Below are positions 26,587-38,950 of a stretch of 64,000 bases of DNA, one piece after another. The stretch comes from Lama guanicoe (lineage: Eukaryota): the NCBI GenBank assembly GCA_013239625.1, contig MU054212.1:2046001-2110000 (forward strand), given 5' to 3'. A program made the translations under genes and the position numbers. Position 1 is the first letter of the stretch, and the number at the start of each line of letters is the position of its first letter. Below the pieces are notes generated by a model. The model saw only the letters and a list, made by a program, of their open reading frames with translations, had not been told where the DNA came from and made no database searches.

Positions 26587-26832
26587 AAGCATTAAATTAC
26601 AGGGAGAAAGATATTCAGAAGAACAGGAGGAGCAAAAAGAGCAATTCAAATATACTAGCTCTCAGATGAAATTTTAAATCTTTTCTCTTGAATGCATAAT
26701 AATACATAATATTCAATATATGCTATTAAACCAGATCATACAGTCACAGGCATGGCTTTCTGATAACCAGCACAAAACACTGGTGAAAAGCAAATACTTT
26801 TTCATAGAAAATGAAACCACATATAAGAAATA

Positions 26833-27159
26833 CGGTGATCCCTGGGTATCCGTGCAGGATTGGTTCCAGGGCACCCCAGCACATACCCAAATCCATAGAT
26901 GCTTGAGTCCCTGGTATCTGCATATAACCTAGGCACATTCTGTCACATATGTTAAATCATCGCTAGGTAACCTGTAACATGGAATACAACGTAAATGCTC
27001 AGTAAATAGTCTAAATATCATGTAAATAGTTGCCAGGGTGTGAGGCAAATTCACGTTTTGCTTTTTGAAACTTTACGGAATTTTTTTTCCCAGAATATTT
27101 TCAATCTGCGAGTTGGCTGAATCCCCAGACACGGAATCCAAGGACAGCAGGGTTGACTG
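26833..27159 (+). mobile_element. MER2/MER2B non-autonomous TcMar-Tigger DNA transposon
   Basis: TA then cggtgatccctgggtatccgtgcaggattggttccagg...tgcatataacctaggcacat...ggcaaattcacgttttgctttttgaaacttt...gggttgactg, with degenerate terminal inverted repeats. Confidence 0.88.
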
Positions 27160-27429
27160 TGGTAAGTATATGACAGATTTGACAAATTTCTTTTCAAAAA
27201 GATGACATAAGCATTCTCAAAAGTCTGTCAAACTGATAATTTAGTTATAATGGGCAAATTTTTTTAGAAATTAAACTATAAGAGTTAAGTGCAAAGGCAA
27301 TGCAAGTAATAAAAATATACACTTTAGATAATTCATGAATTAAATTGGAAAAATGTTTTCTTGAAGCGACAAAAAAAAAACACATCTTGGTGTTTGATTT
27401 ATAACAGTGTTTTTCCCCCAAAATTATTT

Positions 27430-27706
27430 TATTTTACCTTTTCCAGGTTTATTGAGATAGCATTGACATGTAACACTGCATAAGTTTAAGGTGTACAACA
27501 TGATGACTTGATACACATATCTATTGTGAAATGATTACCACAGTCGGGTTAGTCAACACCTCCACCACCTCATACAATCACCATTTCTTTTTTGTGACAA
27601 GAACATTTAACACCTAATCTCTTAGCAACTTTCAAGTATACAGTACAGAATTATCTATAACTACAATGCCGTGCATTAGATCCCCAGAACTTACTCATCT
27701 TCTAAG
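27430..27706 (-). mobile_element. L1 3' end (L1MA9-like)
   Basis: ccaggtttattgagatag...gtttaaggtgtacaacatgatg...tctcttagcaactttcaagtatac...cattagatccccagaacttactcatct. Confidence 0.88.
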
Positions 27707-27810
27707 TGGGTTTACATCCAAAGCATCTGAAACTGGGATCTTCAAGAGACACCTGCCCTCCCACGGTCATTTTAGCATTATTGGTAACAGGCAAGATACG
27801 AAAGACAACT
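27707..27810 (+). mobile_element. L1 late-ORF2 fragment in the opposite orientation, abutting the previous L1 (5' inversion)
   Basis: tgggtttacatccaaagcatctgaaactgggatcttcaagagacacctgccctcccacggtcattttagcattattggtaacaggcaagatacg matches sense L1 ORF2 3' sequence. Confidence 0.75.
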
Positions 27811-30800
27811 TTTAAAGATAACCTTTTCCATGGAAAGTCAATTTTGCAAGAATGATGGAGACAAACTGGAAGCTGCTCTTACTGTCACTTTTTATGTCTG
27901 TAATTAGCTCCTGGTTTACAGAAGATCTGAGTATCTGCCCTGTGTTCTAGAATCTCCCATATCAGAAACCGAGACCTATGACATTAAAATGGGCACAACT
28001 CCAGGAAAGCCACATAAGTTAGACCAGCATTCATTATGTAAATACATTGACATGAAAATGGACATTTCTCAAGACTAACTGGAATTTTTTCTTGGAAAAC
28101 AGCTCAGTGTGCTTGCCAACTGTACGCATCCTAATATTAATTATGCATTTAAAGGTTAAAGTTAATGAAGCTCATCACTCCAGTCGTCCTTCTCTGCATT
28201 TTTATTTAGTCACCAGGGGGAGCTAATACTGCTCTGAGGGTAGGTAGAGTCCAGGAATCGGATATTTTTTCAGGGGCAAAAGTTAAATTGATGTGGTATT
28301 AAATGTAACTCAAACAAGGCCCACAGTGTCCATAAGGCTAAGATATCACACATGCAAAAAAAAAAAAAGAAAACAATTAGGTATAGATCTCTTTTTTGTT
28401 GTTAAACAAAGAAGTTAGAGAAAACTAAAAGCCATCAATTAGTAGAGTCTTGCTGTGCTTAACAGAGGACAGACATAAACCCGGTCATTTACGATTGTCT
28501 TTGGTCCTTTAGGGTCTTACGCACCATCCAGATTTTGCATAAGTGTCCATTTGTTGCACTGACCCCATTATTTTCTGGTTTGAAGCACTACTGTGATTCC
28601 ACATTCTAACAACTAATCATTTGCTGAAAAAATATCCCATATAATTCCATTATAACTATATTGAAACATATGTTTCTTTATCCTTTTGCTTCACATATTT
28701 CCTTCCATTCCAAACATATATATATATATATCTATTTTTTAGCACTTTTGATGTGTGTTCAAAGAGTTCTACCCAATAATCTACTTAAATTCATTCTACA
28801 ATTCACCCAGGAGACACCATCCCTTTAAAGTTTGAGGAGCTCCAGTTGGAACAAAGAGGGGAAAAGGGTTCAGAGTTTGTGGAATAATCACCTCTAATCG
28901 ATCAATTTCCCCTGAAGGTAAAGCTGAAAGAAAGGAGGAGTGAAGAGTTCCATCCAATTCCTTGAAGTTTAAAGGAGCTAAGCCCTGAGGCGCAGTGTAG
29001 AATGATTCCCGCGTTCCCCTCCCAAGGCCTATTAAGAGGTCACAGATCTCTGTGACATTGCTGCCTTCCCCAAAGACAAGCTCCCCAGCCACAAACCCAG
29101 CACAAAGAGAAAGGATGGTGAAATGGGCTGCTTTTCTTATCAACTCACTACCACGTAAAGGAAGTAGGTATTGGTTACAAGCATCTTAAGTACAGTAATA
29201 TTTTTTTTAAAAAAAGGCAGTCATGCAAAAACGTAAAAATTCAACGTCTTGAGTTTGATCCTGCTGAATTTCCAGTTTGAGAACAGGCTACATGTGCCCC
29301 AGCTCTTGTGTGCACACAACTGTGTCTAAAGAGCTAAACAGCGCCCTGCTTCTCAGACAGACTAAAGAGGAGGAGGAAAGAGTTGGTCTCTTTTAATTCA
29401 TCTTCCCCACAAAAGAGGCCCCACTGTTTCCACATCCAAATACAGCCCTTCATTTATAATCTTTACACTTCTCCACAGGGACAGACTGACAGCTCTAATT
29501 ACCATCAATGACCATCAAGGACACGGTGGAAATTCTTGAAGATATTCTCCCTTGGTTTGTGTTCTTGACATTTTATTTACAATTTTTGGCAAATAAATCC
29601 TGAAACCACAGAATTAGATAGTAATATGTTCATTATCAATGATATGAGTAAGGCCAGACCGTTTATCTAAAACACTGTGGTTCCACAAGACATCCAAAGG
29701 TAACATTTTTAATACACAAATAATGCTAATTTGCTTCTTGAGTTCTATTCATTTCAAAATGCTAATTTCAAAAACCTCAGATTAATCAAGGAGCAGGTAA
29801 TTTGCAAATAGAGTTATAGCTAATAGCAGGATATTCTCCATTTAGGTTTTACTTGTAAAAAATAAAGTGAATTCACCCATTTATTTTCTATTTCTTGGAG
29901 ATTTTAATCCTTCAGGAATTTTGCATTCATAATTAGTAGCTTTCTTGTGATTCACAAGTTATTGAAACAGGCTGAAAATAAGAACACATACTTTTAAAAT
30001 GCATATCAAAAACAGAGAGAAATATTTTTACACTACCCCTTCAACATGCCAGCTATTTAATTTTAATAAATTAACGCATGTAATAACTCATCATTCATAC
30101 TGGGAAAATGTACCTCATTAGTATAGGCCTTTTATAAATCCCAATTACAATGCGGAAAAGCATTCAAAAACATCAAGACAATAATGGACCTAAAAATGAT
30201 TATTTTATACCCATGTTTTGGTAGAGGATTTCACAAACAGATATATCAAGAGAAGAACAGTGGACCAGGTACTAATAACAAAATCAGTGTGGAAATAACA
30301 AAAGCTTGTAGAGTAGGTAATAGTTTAACTGACCCTTCCTCCAAAACCAGAAAAAGAAGTTCACTCAGCCAACAGCTCAGAGGTTGGAACCAATTACAGA
30401 CAATTGCTTTTTCTCTGGTAAATGTGTAGAACTTAGTCACCGCCCTGCCAGACCAAGAAAATGACACACTCAGCCACCCCGCTTTCTCTAGAACTGAGAG
30501 GAGCAGAGACTTGGTGAGCTGTTTTTCACATGGTGAAGGAAATGGCAACCAAGAACAGCGGTCTCTGAAATACAGGGTACATATCCTTGGGTAGAAAAGA
30601 TAGCTAATGTTGAGCAAGCCATCAGAAGGGACCCCGGCCATAAGTAGCCACCCAGAAGCAACAACCTGAGAGAGAGAAGATAAATAATCCCCGCCTCACC
30701 CTGGGTGCTTCTCCGTCCCCTTCCCACAGCTCAGAGCGGTGCAGAGTACCCCGCCCAGCGGAACAGACTTGTGGACCATCTTGCTTCGTGTTAACTGATC

Positions 30801-31204
30801 TAATTCACACAAAATACTCACACTCTGACACGTGATTTTTAAAGTTTTCTGCAAGGAAGCTCCAGGATATCGAGAGCCTTGAGCACAAGTCATCAGCAAG
30901 AAAGTGGCAAGTCTAGCCCTAGTCCGCCCCAACTCCTACTCAAAACTCGTCGTCAGACACTGTCCGAAGGAGGGGGAGGAAAGAAACAGCTTAATCAGAT
31001 CTGACCAAAAGCTGGCAAAACAAAACAGGGATGATCAGGAAAGTTATCTGAAACATGGGCTTATCGCCACCATCAATAATTATGCACCTCGGCCAGAAGT
31101 GTAATAACATGGGTTCTCCCTTTGTGGTTTTCTGAGATAGTTCTTTTAGCTCTCACAGCCATTAAAGTAAATTGTCGAAATACATGAATCTAGCCAGGAC
31201 TTCA

Positions 31205-31347
31205 TGTTTTGCTTGTTTTGTTTGCTTTATGAGGGGGTGTTAGTTGGGTTTATTCATTTATTTCTATCTGGAGGCGGTACTGGGGATTGCACCTGGGACC
31301 TCGTGCAGGTCAAGCATGTGCGCTAACAATTGAGCTATACCCTCCCC
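31205..31347 (-). mobile_element. tRNA-derived SINE, camelid Vic-1 type, more diverged copy
   Basis: Reverse of GGGGAGGGTATAGCTCA...GAGGTCCCAGGTGCAATCCCCAGTACC. Target-site duplication CTAGCCAGGACTTCA (31190-31204) / CTAGCCCAGGACTTCA (31349-31364). Confidence 0.9.
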
Positions 31348-34300
31348 ACTAGCCCAGGACTTCAGACAACATGAAGTTATTTTTAAAACCGAAGTATTTC
31401 ATCTTCAAGTCATTTTTCAATTTCTATCTTTGTGAGTGTCGTATCGCACACCTATCTATGTACTATATTAGTAAGTAAGTATTATGAAGATGCATTCTAA
31501 ATTTGTTTTTAATCAAAGAAGTTTGGAAACCACTGGTCTGAAAAATAAGAAGCATGTGGAGAAGGGACTGGGGGATGGAATCGATGGAGGTCACGGAATT
31601 GCATTTAGGGGCTTAGTGGGGTTGGAGAATAAAGTAGGCTAAAAACTAAGAAAATATTTTGGGGAGGAAACAAGAAATTGATCAAAACAGGGAAACAGGA
31701 AAGTAAAATATACAGTGCCTTAAGCCTAATTAATCTAGAAATAGATAATTAATACATAAATGATTAACAACAAAGCATACATAATGAATTAATACAGAAA
31801 TTAATATAGAAATATGCAAATCAAAGGTATAATGCCTTAAGCTTAATTAATACAAACTGAAAAGTTAAAATATCACATTTATTTCATGTAATTTATTTCA
31901 ACTGATCTGAAAAGGAAAACAGCAAAAATAAAAGTTCTAAAAACAGTTTCAATATGCTTCTGTGAAAATGATGCTTCCTTCCATAAAACACTCATTTCCC
32001 TTATTCCCACTGCCAACAGAACTTGCTGTTAGGGTGCCTGATTGTCAAGTGGAACCAACCAGTCTTCAGTTTCCCACAACCATGGAACACATGTTTGATC
32101 ACTTTCACTTTTTCTTTAAATTCTTTAGCAAAAACAAAGCAAAACAAAACAAAACTCCAGATGTCTGAAAGTCTTCAGTTCACAAAATCTATGGGAAGCT
32201 TCCAGGAAGTCTCATAACTTTTAAAATCAAATTAAGTGAATATGCTATTTTATACAGATGCAGTGCCCAATGATCGGTTCTGTTCCTTCTCAAACATGTG
32301 AACCCGTGCAGTACTAACACTTGTAAAGGAGCCACAGATATGGTTAGGGCTTTATGGATCTGTCCACAAACATGTTCCCCCAAACTACAACACTCTGTCA
32401 CACACACCTCTACCTACTCATCTTACCAACAGTCCAGTGGGCCAGAGAAGGTTAAGAGCTAATACAATGCTATTTAGTTTTTCTGGATTTGCACCCAGGC
32501 AAGTCACATGAATGATGTGCAAGAACACTTAACAGACAACTCAAGTTTGCAAATTAGCAGGAGAGAAGAGACAAATGACTCAGAACAACAAGCGTACAGT
32601 ATTACCAAATGCACTTTACGCATTTATCCTGTTAAGTGTAGCTTAGTTTTGATGATTTACTGTCCTAGTTCTTACTCATTTTTGTAAGCGTAACAAAGTC
32701 TCTGTAATCTCACCCTTCCCCATAGCACCCTGCTATTAAATCTTTGTTGAGAAGTGTGATGAGACCCCTCTGGCTGCCAGCCCTCTCTACCCCCTGAGGG
32801 AACTGGCAAGAAATGATAGCGCTTGTGGATTAGTAAAATGAGAGGTTCTCTGTGCTTTTCCTTCTTTAAATATATATTTTGATAATCTGTCTTCTGCATC
32901 AGAGAGTCCCAACAGCACTAGAGTGCTGATTTCCCTCCCTTCCCAGCCTCCAGGAAAAAGAGAGCAAGGCTGGAGCAAGACAGGTGGTTTCCATCCACTG
33001 CTACAGTTGAAGAGTGGGATTTAAATTTTTTTTTTTTTTTGCCTTTCAAGCAGGGATGATACGTAAGGTACTTACACATGTTGAATTGCAGACTAGCAGA
33101 AAGCTGCACTGTGAGACAAAGAAAAAGGCCACCTTGTCCCTCATTGTCCTTAGGGACTGTTTTGTCATTTCCTAGATCAGGATACTTGTCCAGAACAGTG
33201 CCGACCTCCCAGAATCCCCCTCAGTGATGAATTCTTGAACTGTGTGTATGACCCCTAGATCTCTGGGTCCCCTGCTGGATCTACTGTCTGAGAGTTCAGT
33301 CCAGGTCACTGGTATCTACTCATGAACTGACCTGGGGCATACTCCATCCCTGAGCTGGCTTTCAAACTTGAGCCTAAAATTGATCATCTTGCTTCCTGTG
33401 TGGCTTTTGTCTCCTTAAGACCAGTTCTAGTCTGGGCTCACTTGGCAAGAGTGTACCAGGATTTCAAAATTTTCAGTTTGGAGTGAGTCAGTTATCACCT
33501 AGGCAGGCTCTCCAAGATACGTGCCTCACCCCTGGGGATGAGAGCCCCCAAAGAACACATCTCGAGTTAGCAAAACAGCACTCAGTTAAGGATGGGCGGG
33601 ACCGCAAGGCAGGGCTTCTACTAGTTCTCTCACAGCAGAGCTACTCCCTGACTGATTCCCACAGGTGTCAGACCAGAATGCCTGTTTTCTGTTATTTTGC
33701 AAATCAGCAAGTTTTAAGACTTCTCTCTCCTAATTCTACTCTAGTTAACCCTCCAGTACCCTCCTCGGAATTCCCTCTTTCTTCATATAAATTGTTCACC
33801 AGGAAGTTTTCTGGCTGTGGTCTAGAAGGATAGGACCAAACCTGCAAGTCAAGACTTCAAGATCAATAGACGGGAAGCCACAAGGAGCAAAGAAGAAAGC
33901 TGAGAAAGCAGCAAGAGACTGCAAAACAGGGAGAAAAGAAGAGGCGGAACAAAAATGACGTGGAAATTAAGAGTCCTGAAAAGAAGACAAGAATCAGAAG
34001 AACATTAGCAAAGATACAAATGGGGCTAGCTGAAGTTAAAAGATTAAAAAAAAAAGTAAGAAATGAAAAGACCTATAAAAAAAAAACCAGTAAAACTAAA
34101 AGGGAAAAAGAAAACAAGAGAAATACCATCCTTTGCTAAACTAGGATTTTGTCCACCAGGAAAAAGAAGCACCAAGAAAAGAGTTAACTCAAGCAGCAGA
34201 AAACTAAAATTGGAAGAGTCAGACCTCCTAACTTAGAGTAAAAGGTTTCTAATCAAGGAAGAAAGTAAAAGCATCGTATTACTTTTTTAATTAAAATGCT

Positions 34301-35209
34301 GCCAGTGTCTTTAATTTCTTCCAGACTAGACTGAAGGGTACCCTTGGCCAACTCATGTTGGAACTTTAACACTTTAAACAAACGTGAAGGATTCCTGATT
34401 TTGTTTCTCCTCCTTTTGCCCTCTCCCTGGTCCTTCACTTCTGTTTTTCCTTCATCACTCCCTAAGAAACGATGCTGAACATTAATAAACCGGACCGAGG
34501 CCCATCAGCATTACCTTTCCTGAAATGTTTCATTAAGTCACAAGTAAGCCTGTTTTCTTTCCTTTGATTAAAATGTTATGGGACAAAATGACGTGAGCAC
34601 AGACTAGATTCTAAGCTTTTAGAAAGCTTAAGATCAAAATCAATGAAACACTTTATTAGGGCTTAGGTTTTGGGAAGAAAAACAATATTTAACCCACAGA
34701 TATTATCTTCACCATACCACGTGCTGAAAATCCAGCATTTTCTGCACTGATATTAAAGTTGGAAAACATATAAAGAAACACATCATCCTATAATATAGAA
34801 AGTTATAAAGGAATAATGTTTTGGCTTCTATTCTATTTCATCGAGCTGAACATAAGGATGATTCCATAGCAGGAACTCAAAAAAAAGTAAACACTAAATT
34901 GGATTTGAAGTTTGTTTTTTTTTAATGTTGAATTTTAAAGTTAACTTTTCACATGAGAGGTGCCCAACTCTCACCTCAGGTAAAGTCTCTTCCTGCTATA
35001 GGTTATACTTGCCCTATCAGTTAGGCTCCCATGTCTTTACCCTAATGCTAGTGTTGATTCCACATAAATAAAGCTTCCTTTAAAGCTACCCCCATTGAAA
35101 ATAGAACCTTACTAATTGTCTGCATTTAATGGGATTTTCCAAAAATTATGTATTCTGAGGGAAAAAATGCATTAAATGAAGTCAATTAAATGTATATGAG
35201 CCAGAAAAT

Positions 35210-35915
35210 GCAACTAAATCCACAAAGACCACCTATACACACCCAATAGAATGCTTAAATTAAAAAGACTGGCAACACAAATGTTATCAAGGACGCACAA
35301 CTGCAGCTCTCAGACACTGCTGGCAGGAGTGTAAACGGTGCAACCACTTGGGATAAAGATTCAGAAGTTTTTCATACAGTTTAATATACCTCACCCCACA
35401 ACCCAGCAATTCTACTCCCACTTACAAACTCAAGAGAAACAAAACATACGTCCACAAAAAGACCTGCGTAGGAAGGTTCACAACAACTTTACTCACAATA
35501 AGCGAAAACTAAAAATAACCAAAATATCTACCAATATGAGAACAGAAAACAAATTATGATATATTCATGCAATGGAATACTACTCAGCAATAAAAAAGAA
35601 CAGATCACTCATATACACAACATGAATGAATCTCACAGATACCATAACAAAATAAGCAGAACACACAAAAAAGGGTACATACTGTGTGTTCTTATAAGAG
35701 GTTCTAGAACAGACAAAACAATTCTACAGTTAAAAAACTTGAAAGTCAGTTGCTTATGGTGGAGCATTATTGATTAGAAAGGGGTCAAGATAAGAGAAAT
35801 TTCTAAGATGCAGGGAATTATCTTAAAAGGGATGTGGGTCACATAAGTATACGTATTTTGTCAAAATTCATCAATTTATACTTAGGATTTATAAATGTCA
35901 CTGTACGTAAATGTT
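35210..35915 (+). mobile_element. Ancient L1 (L1ME-like), ORF2 end plus 3' UTR
   Basis: cactgctggcaggagtgtaaacggtgcaaccacttgg; acccagcaattctactcc; tattcatgcaatggaatactactcagcaataaaaaagaac; catgaatgaatctcacaga. Confidence 0.9.
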
Positions 35916-35939
35916 GAATTTATTATGTACATTATATAA

Positions 35940-37470
35940 TTATAGCATTAATAACTTAAAATTCCAGTTAATTGGTCTGATTTTCATGATGATATGAGTA
36001 AGCATTTTTAAAACTACTTAATGTGTATTCTAGACTCATCAAATGAGTAAACATATTGAGGATGATGGAAGCTAAGTTTCTCTGCTAGAGAAGGTAGCAA
36101 CAAATACGGAAAGAAAAAAGACTGGGAGGTACCTGAAGTGCTGGATCGAATTAGAGGTATCAATATGAAGTACGATTCTTATTAAAGAGAAAAAACACAT
36201 ATATATGTATATATGCATATTTTATAAACTATATTATGTACATATTGTATTAAATATACACATACATTTCCTAATTCTGTCTGCTGAGATGGTTTATCAT
36301 CAATGATATACCTACAACAATGAGCACACATAGTGCCAGGATCTTGGTTTCTAAAAATCTTTGTCTTCTTAAAGGGACCAGGGCTCCCTGGACAAAAGGC
36401 TGATTGGGACAAGAACACAATGAGCCTGGAGCATCTGTCTGCAGTGGAAACTGAGTCAGTCTTCAACTAATGATGGAGACATACTAAACGGACACAGGAT
36501 GCAGCTCGAAGGGACGCCTACTGGCCAAACTTCAGGCAATCTGGGCACCAAAATAACAATAGTCATGTATTATGACCCTCTGAGTAAAATAAAAAAGCAA
36601 AAGCCCATGGTGATGTGATTAAAAAAATAAGTGAATGAATAAGAAAGAAAACTGTAGTAGAAGGCCAATGAAGAAATACAAAAATTATAAAGTTAAAATG
36701 GAGTTTCATGGGAATGAAAATGTTTACATAGGGTCAGTCAAAGTACCTCCCCACAAATTACTTATTATTTACAAAGGGAAAACAGCAACTTTTGACACTG
36801 GAGAAAGTTGGTGGGCACCATCTTAAACAAGTACTCAGTGTTAACACCATCAACACTGGTATATAAGTCAGCACCATGGACTTCCTGATTCGACGACTGA
36901 GAAGCCCCAAGATCACTTCGATGGTGTTCCTGCCACGGAGGTACATAATCTGAGTTTCATTATGAGGAAACATCAAACAAACCCAAACACAGATGGGCAG
37001 GTACTCCTCCAAAAGTGAGCGATCACTCCAGGTGAAAGGAAACAAGAGAGACCTGGCGATTAAATGTACGTATGACCCCGAATCCCAGATTAGGAAAACA
37101 AACAAATAACAACGAAAACAACCCCGAAAGAACACTGTTGGGACAACTGCTGAAATTTAAATATTGACTGTGCATGAGATAATAGCACTTGATGTGTTCA
37201 ATGTTAACTTTCCTCATTTTGATAAGTGTGCTGTATGTAGGCACGTATTTGTTCTTAGGAAATACACAGGCTTATTTAGAATGACGTGACGCCTCCAACC
37301 TTCTCTAAAATGACTAAGAAAAAAAAATTAACGAAAGAGTCAATGATAAAAAAAAACAATAAAATGTAAACACCTGGTGGATCAGGTGAATGGTATATGG
37401 GAGTTACATGTACTATTTTTGCAATTTTTCTTTACGTTTGGAATTGTATCAAAATAAAAGTTACCAAAAA
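35940..37470 (+). mobile_element. L1MC4-like long 3' UTR
   Basis: caatgagcacacatagtgccaggatcttggtttctaaa; atgaggaaacatcaaacaaacccaaa; tcaatgttaactttcctcattttgataa; gttcttaggaaatacac; tgtactatttttgcaatttttc...tcaaaataaaagtt. Confidence 0.85.
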
Positions 37471-37519
37471 AACGCGCAAAAAGAAAGTATATGGCCTATG
37501 TTTATATAAGCTTCATAGA

Positions 37520-37775
37520 TTTTTTTTTCAAACTTATGTTCCAAAAAAATGATAATGGGTTTTCTGAAAGAAAGAAGATTCTATGGCCTAATGAATGTAT
37601 GCACTGCAATCCCTTTTTGAAGAGCCACAGTGCACGTCAATAAGGAAGCCTATTTAACTGGATTTAATCCAACATTTCCATAATAATTTGTTCAGGAAAC
37701 TTGGTTAAAATGGAACACCTATTAAAACCTTACAATAATATCAATATTCTGTGGAAAACAATTGCAGAACCACTT
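37520..37775. mobile_element. hAT-Charlie DNA transposon fragment (Charlie4-like)
   Basis: cacagtgcacgt...gcctatttaactggatttaatccaacatttcc...ggaacacctattaa...ttctgtggaaaacaattgcagaaccact resembles Charlie4 internal and terminal motifs; heavily diverged. Confidence 0.45.
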
Positions 37776-37849
37776 GTGTAGTAAATACATTTCCTACACA
37801 TGGTTAACTGAAGAAAGATTTGTGCTAGGAAAATAAGACAGAGAAAGAA

Positions 37850-37851
<2 letters not shown>

Positions 37852-37884
<33 letters not shown>
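37852..37884. repeat. (AC)16 microsatellite
   Basis: Perfect AC run ~0.9 kb from the exon. Confidence 0.95.
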
Positions 37885-37888
<4 letters not shown>

Positions 37889-38159
37889 GGAGCAGTGTCA
37901 GCTTCAACTAGTAAGAGAAAAATGACATGAATCTTAAAAAAGGTACCTATCTAAAATGTCCCACTCAGCCTCATATAGTATGTTCTTCCAGGATATATTT
38001 TTAAAGGGGGTAGAAACTTGGTAAGCTGAGTTTTAGCGTTACCCAACCATTAAATTAAACACTGTTGAAATTTAAGTATTGATTGTGGATTAACAACAGT
38101 ATTGCCATGCTTCATGTCATTTTAAGTCTGATGCTTCCCGAGAACCGTATAGCAGAATA

Positions 38160-38420
38160 GCTTAGTGAGGACCTTCTGCGGGCCAGGCACTGTGCAAGGC
38201 TCGGAGAAAACAACGATGAGTAAGACAGAGTTCCTGCCATCCGGGAGCTTCTGGTCTAACGAGGGAGATGGAAAAGTTAACGCATGTAGCACTGACTGTG
38301 ACCTTCAGGAATAAGCATCGGGCTGTGTGGGAACCCAAAAAGGCACCGAGTGAACTCGGCAAACTCAGCAGAGAGCGACCGATCCGGGAAAGTTCTCTTG
38401 AGGAGATGCTATTTAAACCA
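38160..38420 (-). mobile_element. L2 3' fragment
   Basis: gccaggcactgtgcaaggctcggaga...gatgagtaagacagagttcctgccatccgggagcttctggtcta. Confidence 0.8.
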
Positions 38421-38770
38421 AAATAAGTTCATGCATGCTAACTGTATTAGAAAACATATTCAGAAGGTATTTTAAAACTTTATTTTAGCCACCCATTGTT
38501 AGGTTCTGCACCTACATGGTATCACTGTAGTTTAAAAAAACAAAACAAGGAAATGAAAACACATCCATTAGCTACTAAAATCTAGGAAGGACTGTGACAT
38601 CGAATTTGCCATAAACCATCATGGTAGAATTCTTTCTAAAGCACTTCCAGACTTACATAGGTATTCAAATACAGGAATGAAACAACAGGGAGGGGGGAGA
38701 AAAAGGAACACGCTGAAAAAATCAGAAATAGAACAGTATGAGAAGACAAGAAGTGATAAGTATTGTTTAC

Positions 38771-38950
38771 CTGTCAGCTGACATTGATTAATCTTGTGCT
38801 CTGTGATATCGCTCAGCGATTCGAACACCTGGAGGCAGCTGTCACAGCTGTGCACAGCTTCGTCTTCCAGCTCCTCCCCGTCTTCCGGCCTCTTCTTACA
38901 GTCTATTGCCTCTCCATCTTCAGTCTTGTCTTCAAGTTTACAGTTGGGAT
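38771..38950 (-). CDS. ZNF521: ZNF521 (EHZF/Evi3) internal coding exon, second coding exon, 180 bp, phase 1-1; encodes (D)PNCKLEDKTEDGEAIDCKKRPEDGEELEDEAVHSCDSCLQVFESLSDITEHKINQCQLT
   Basis: Peptide in ORF 38619..39041(-) is recognised as the ZNF521 N-terminal region that follows MSRRKQAKPRSLK. Minus-strand acceptor cttgcttttttttcag|ATCCC (AG at 38952-38951), donor ACAG|gtaaac (GT at 38770-38769), branch-like TACTTAC at 38976-38970. Contains C-x2-C-x12-H-x4-C. Confidence 0.96.

Larger units (their letters stand above)
1..38770 (-). other. ZNF521: ZNF521 intron downstream of the exon; the large multi-zinc-finger exon lies beyond the left edge
   Basis: Begins with the GTAAAC donor at 38770; no C2H2 array in any ORF of the track. 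Confidence 0.88.

Noticed and set aside
26404..26677. Poly-K/G and poly-F/P ORFs
   Set aside because: Translation artefacts of homopolymer runs.
33850..34250. Purine-rich K/E/R-coding-like stretch suggesting a processed pseudogene
   Set aside because: No sustained ORF, recognisable parent gene, poly(A) or TSD.
35338..35777. ORFs with faint L1 ORF2-like residues (e.g. IYSCNGILLSNKKEQ)
   Set aside because: Frameshifted remnants of an ancient L1, not a functional gene.
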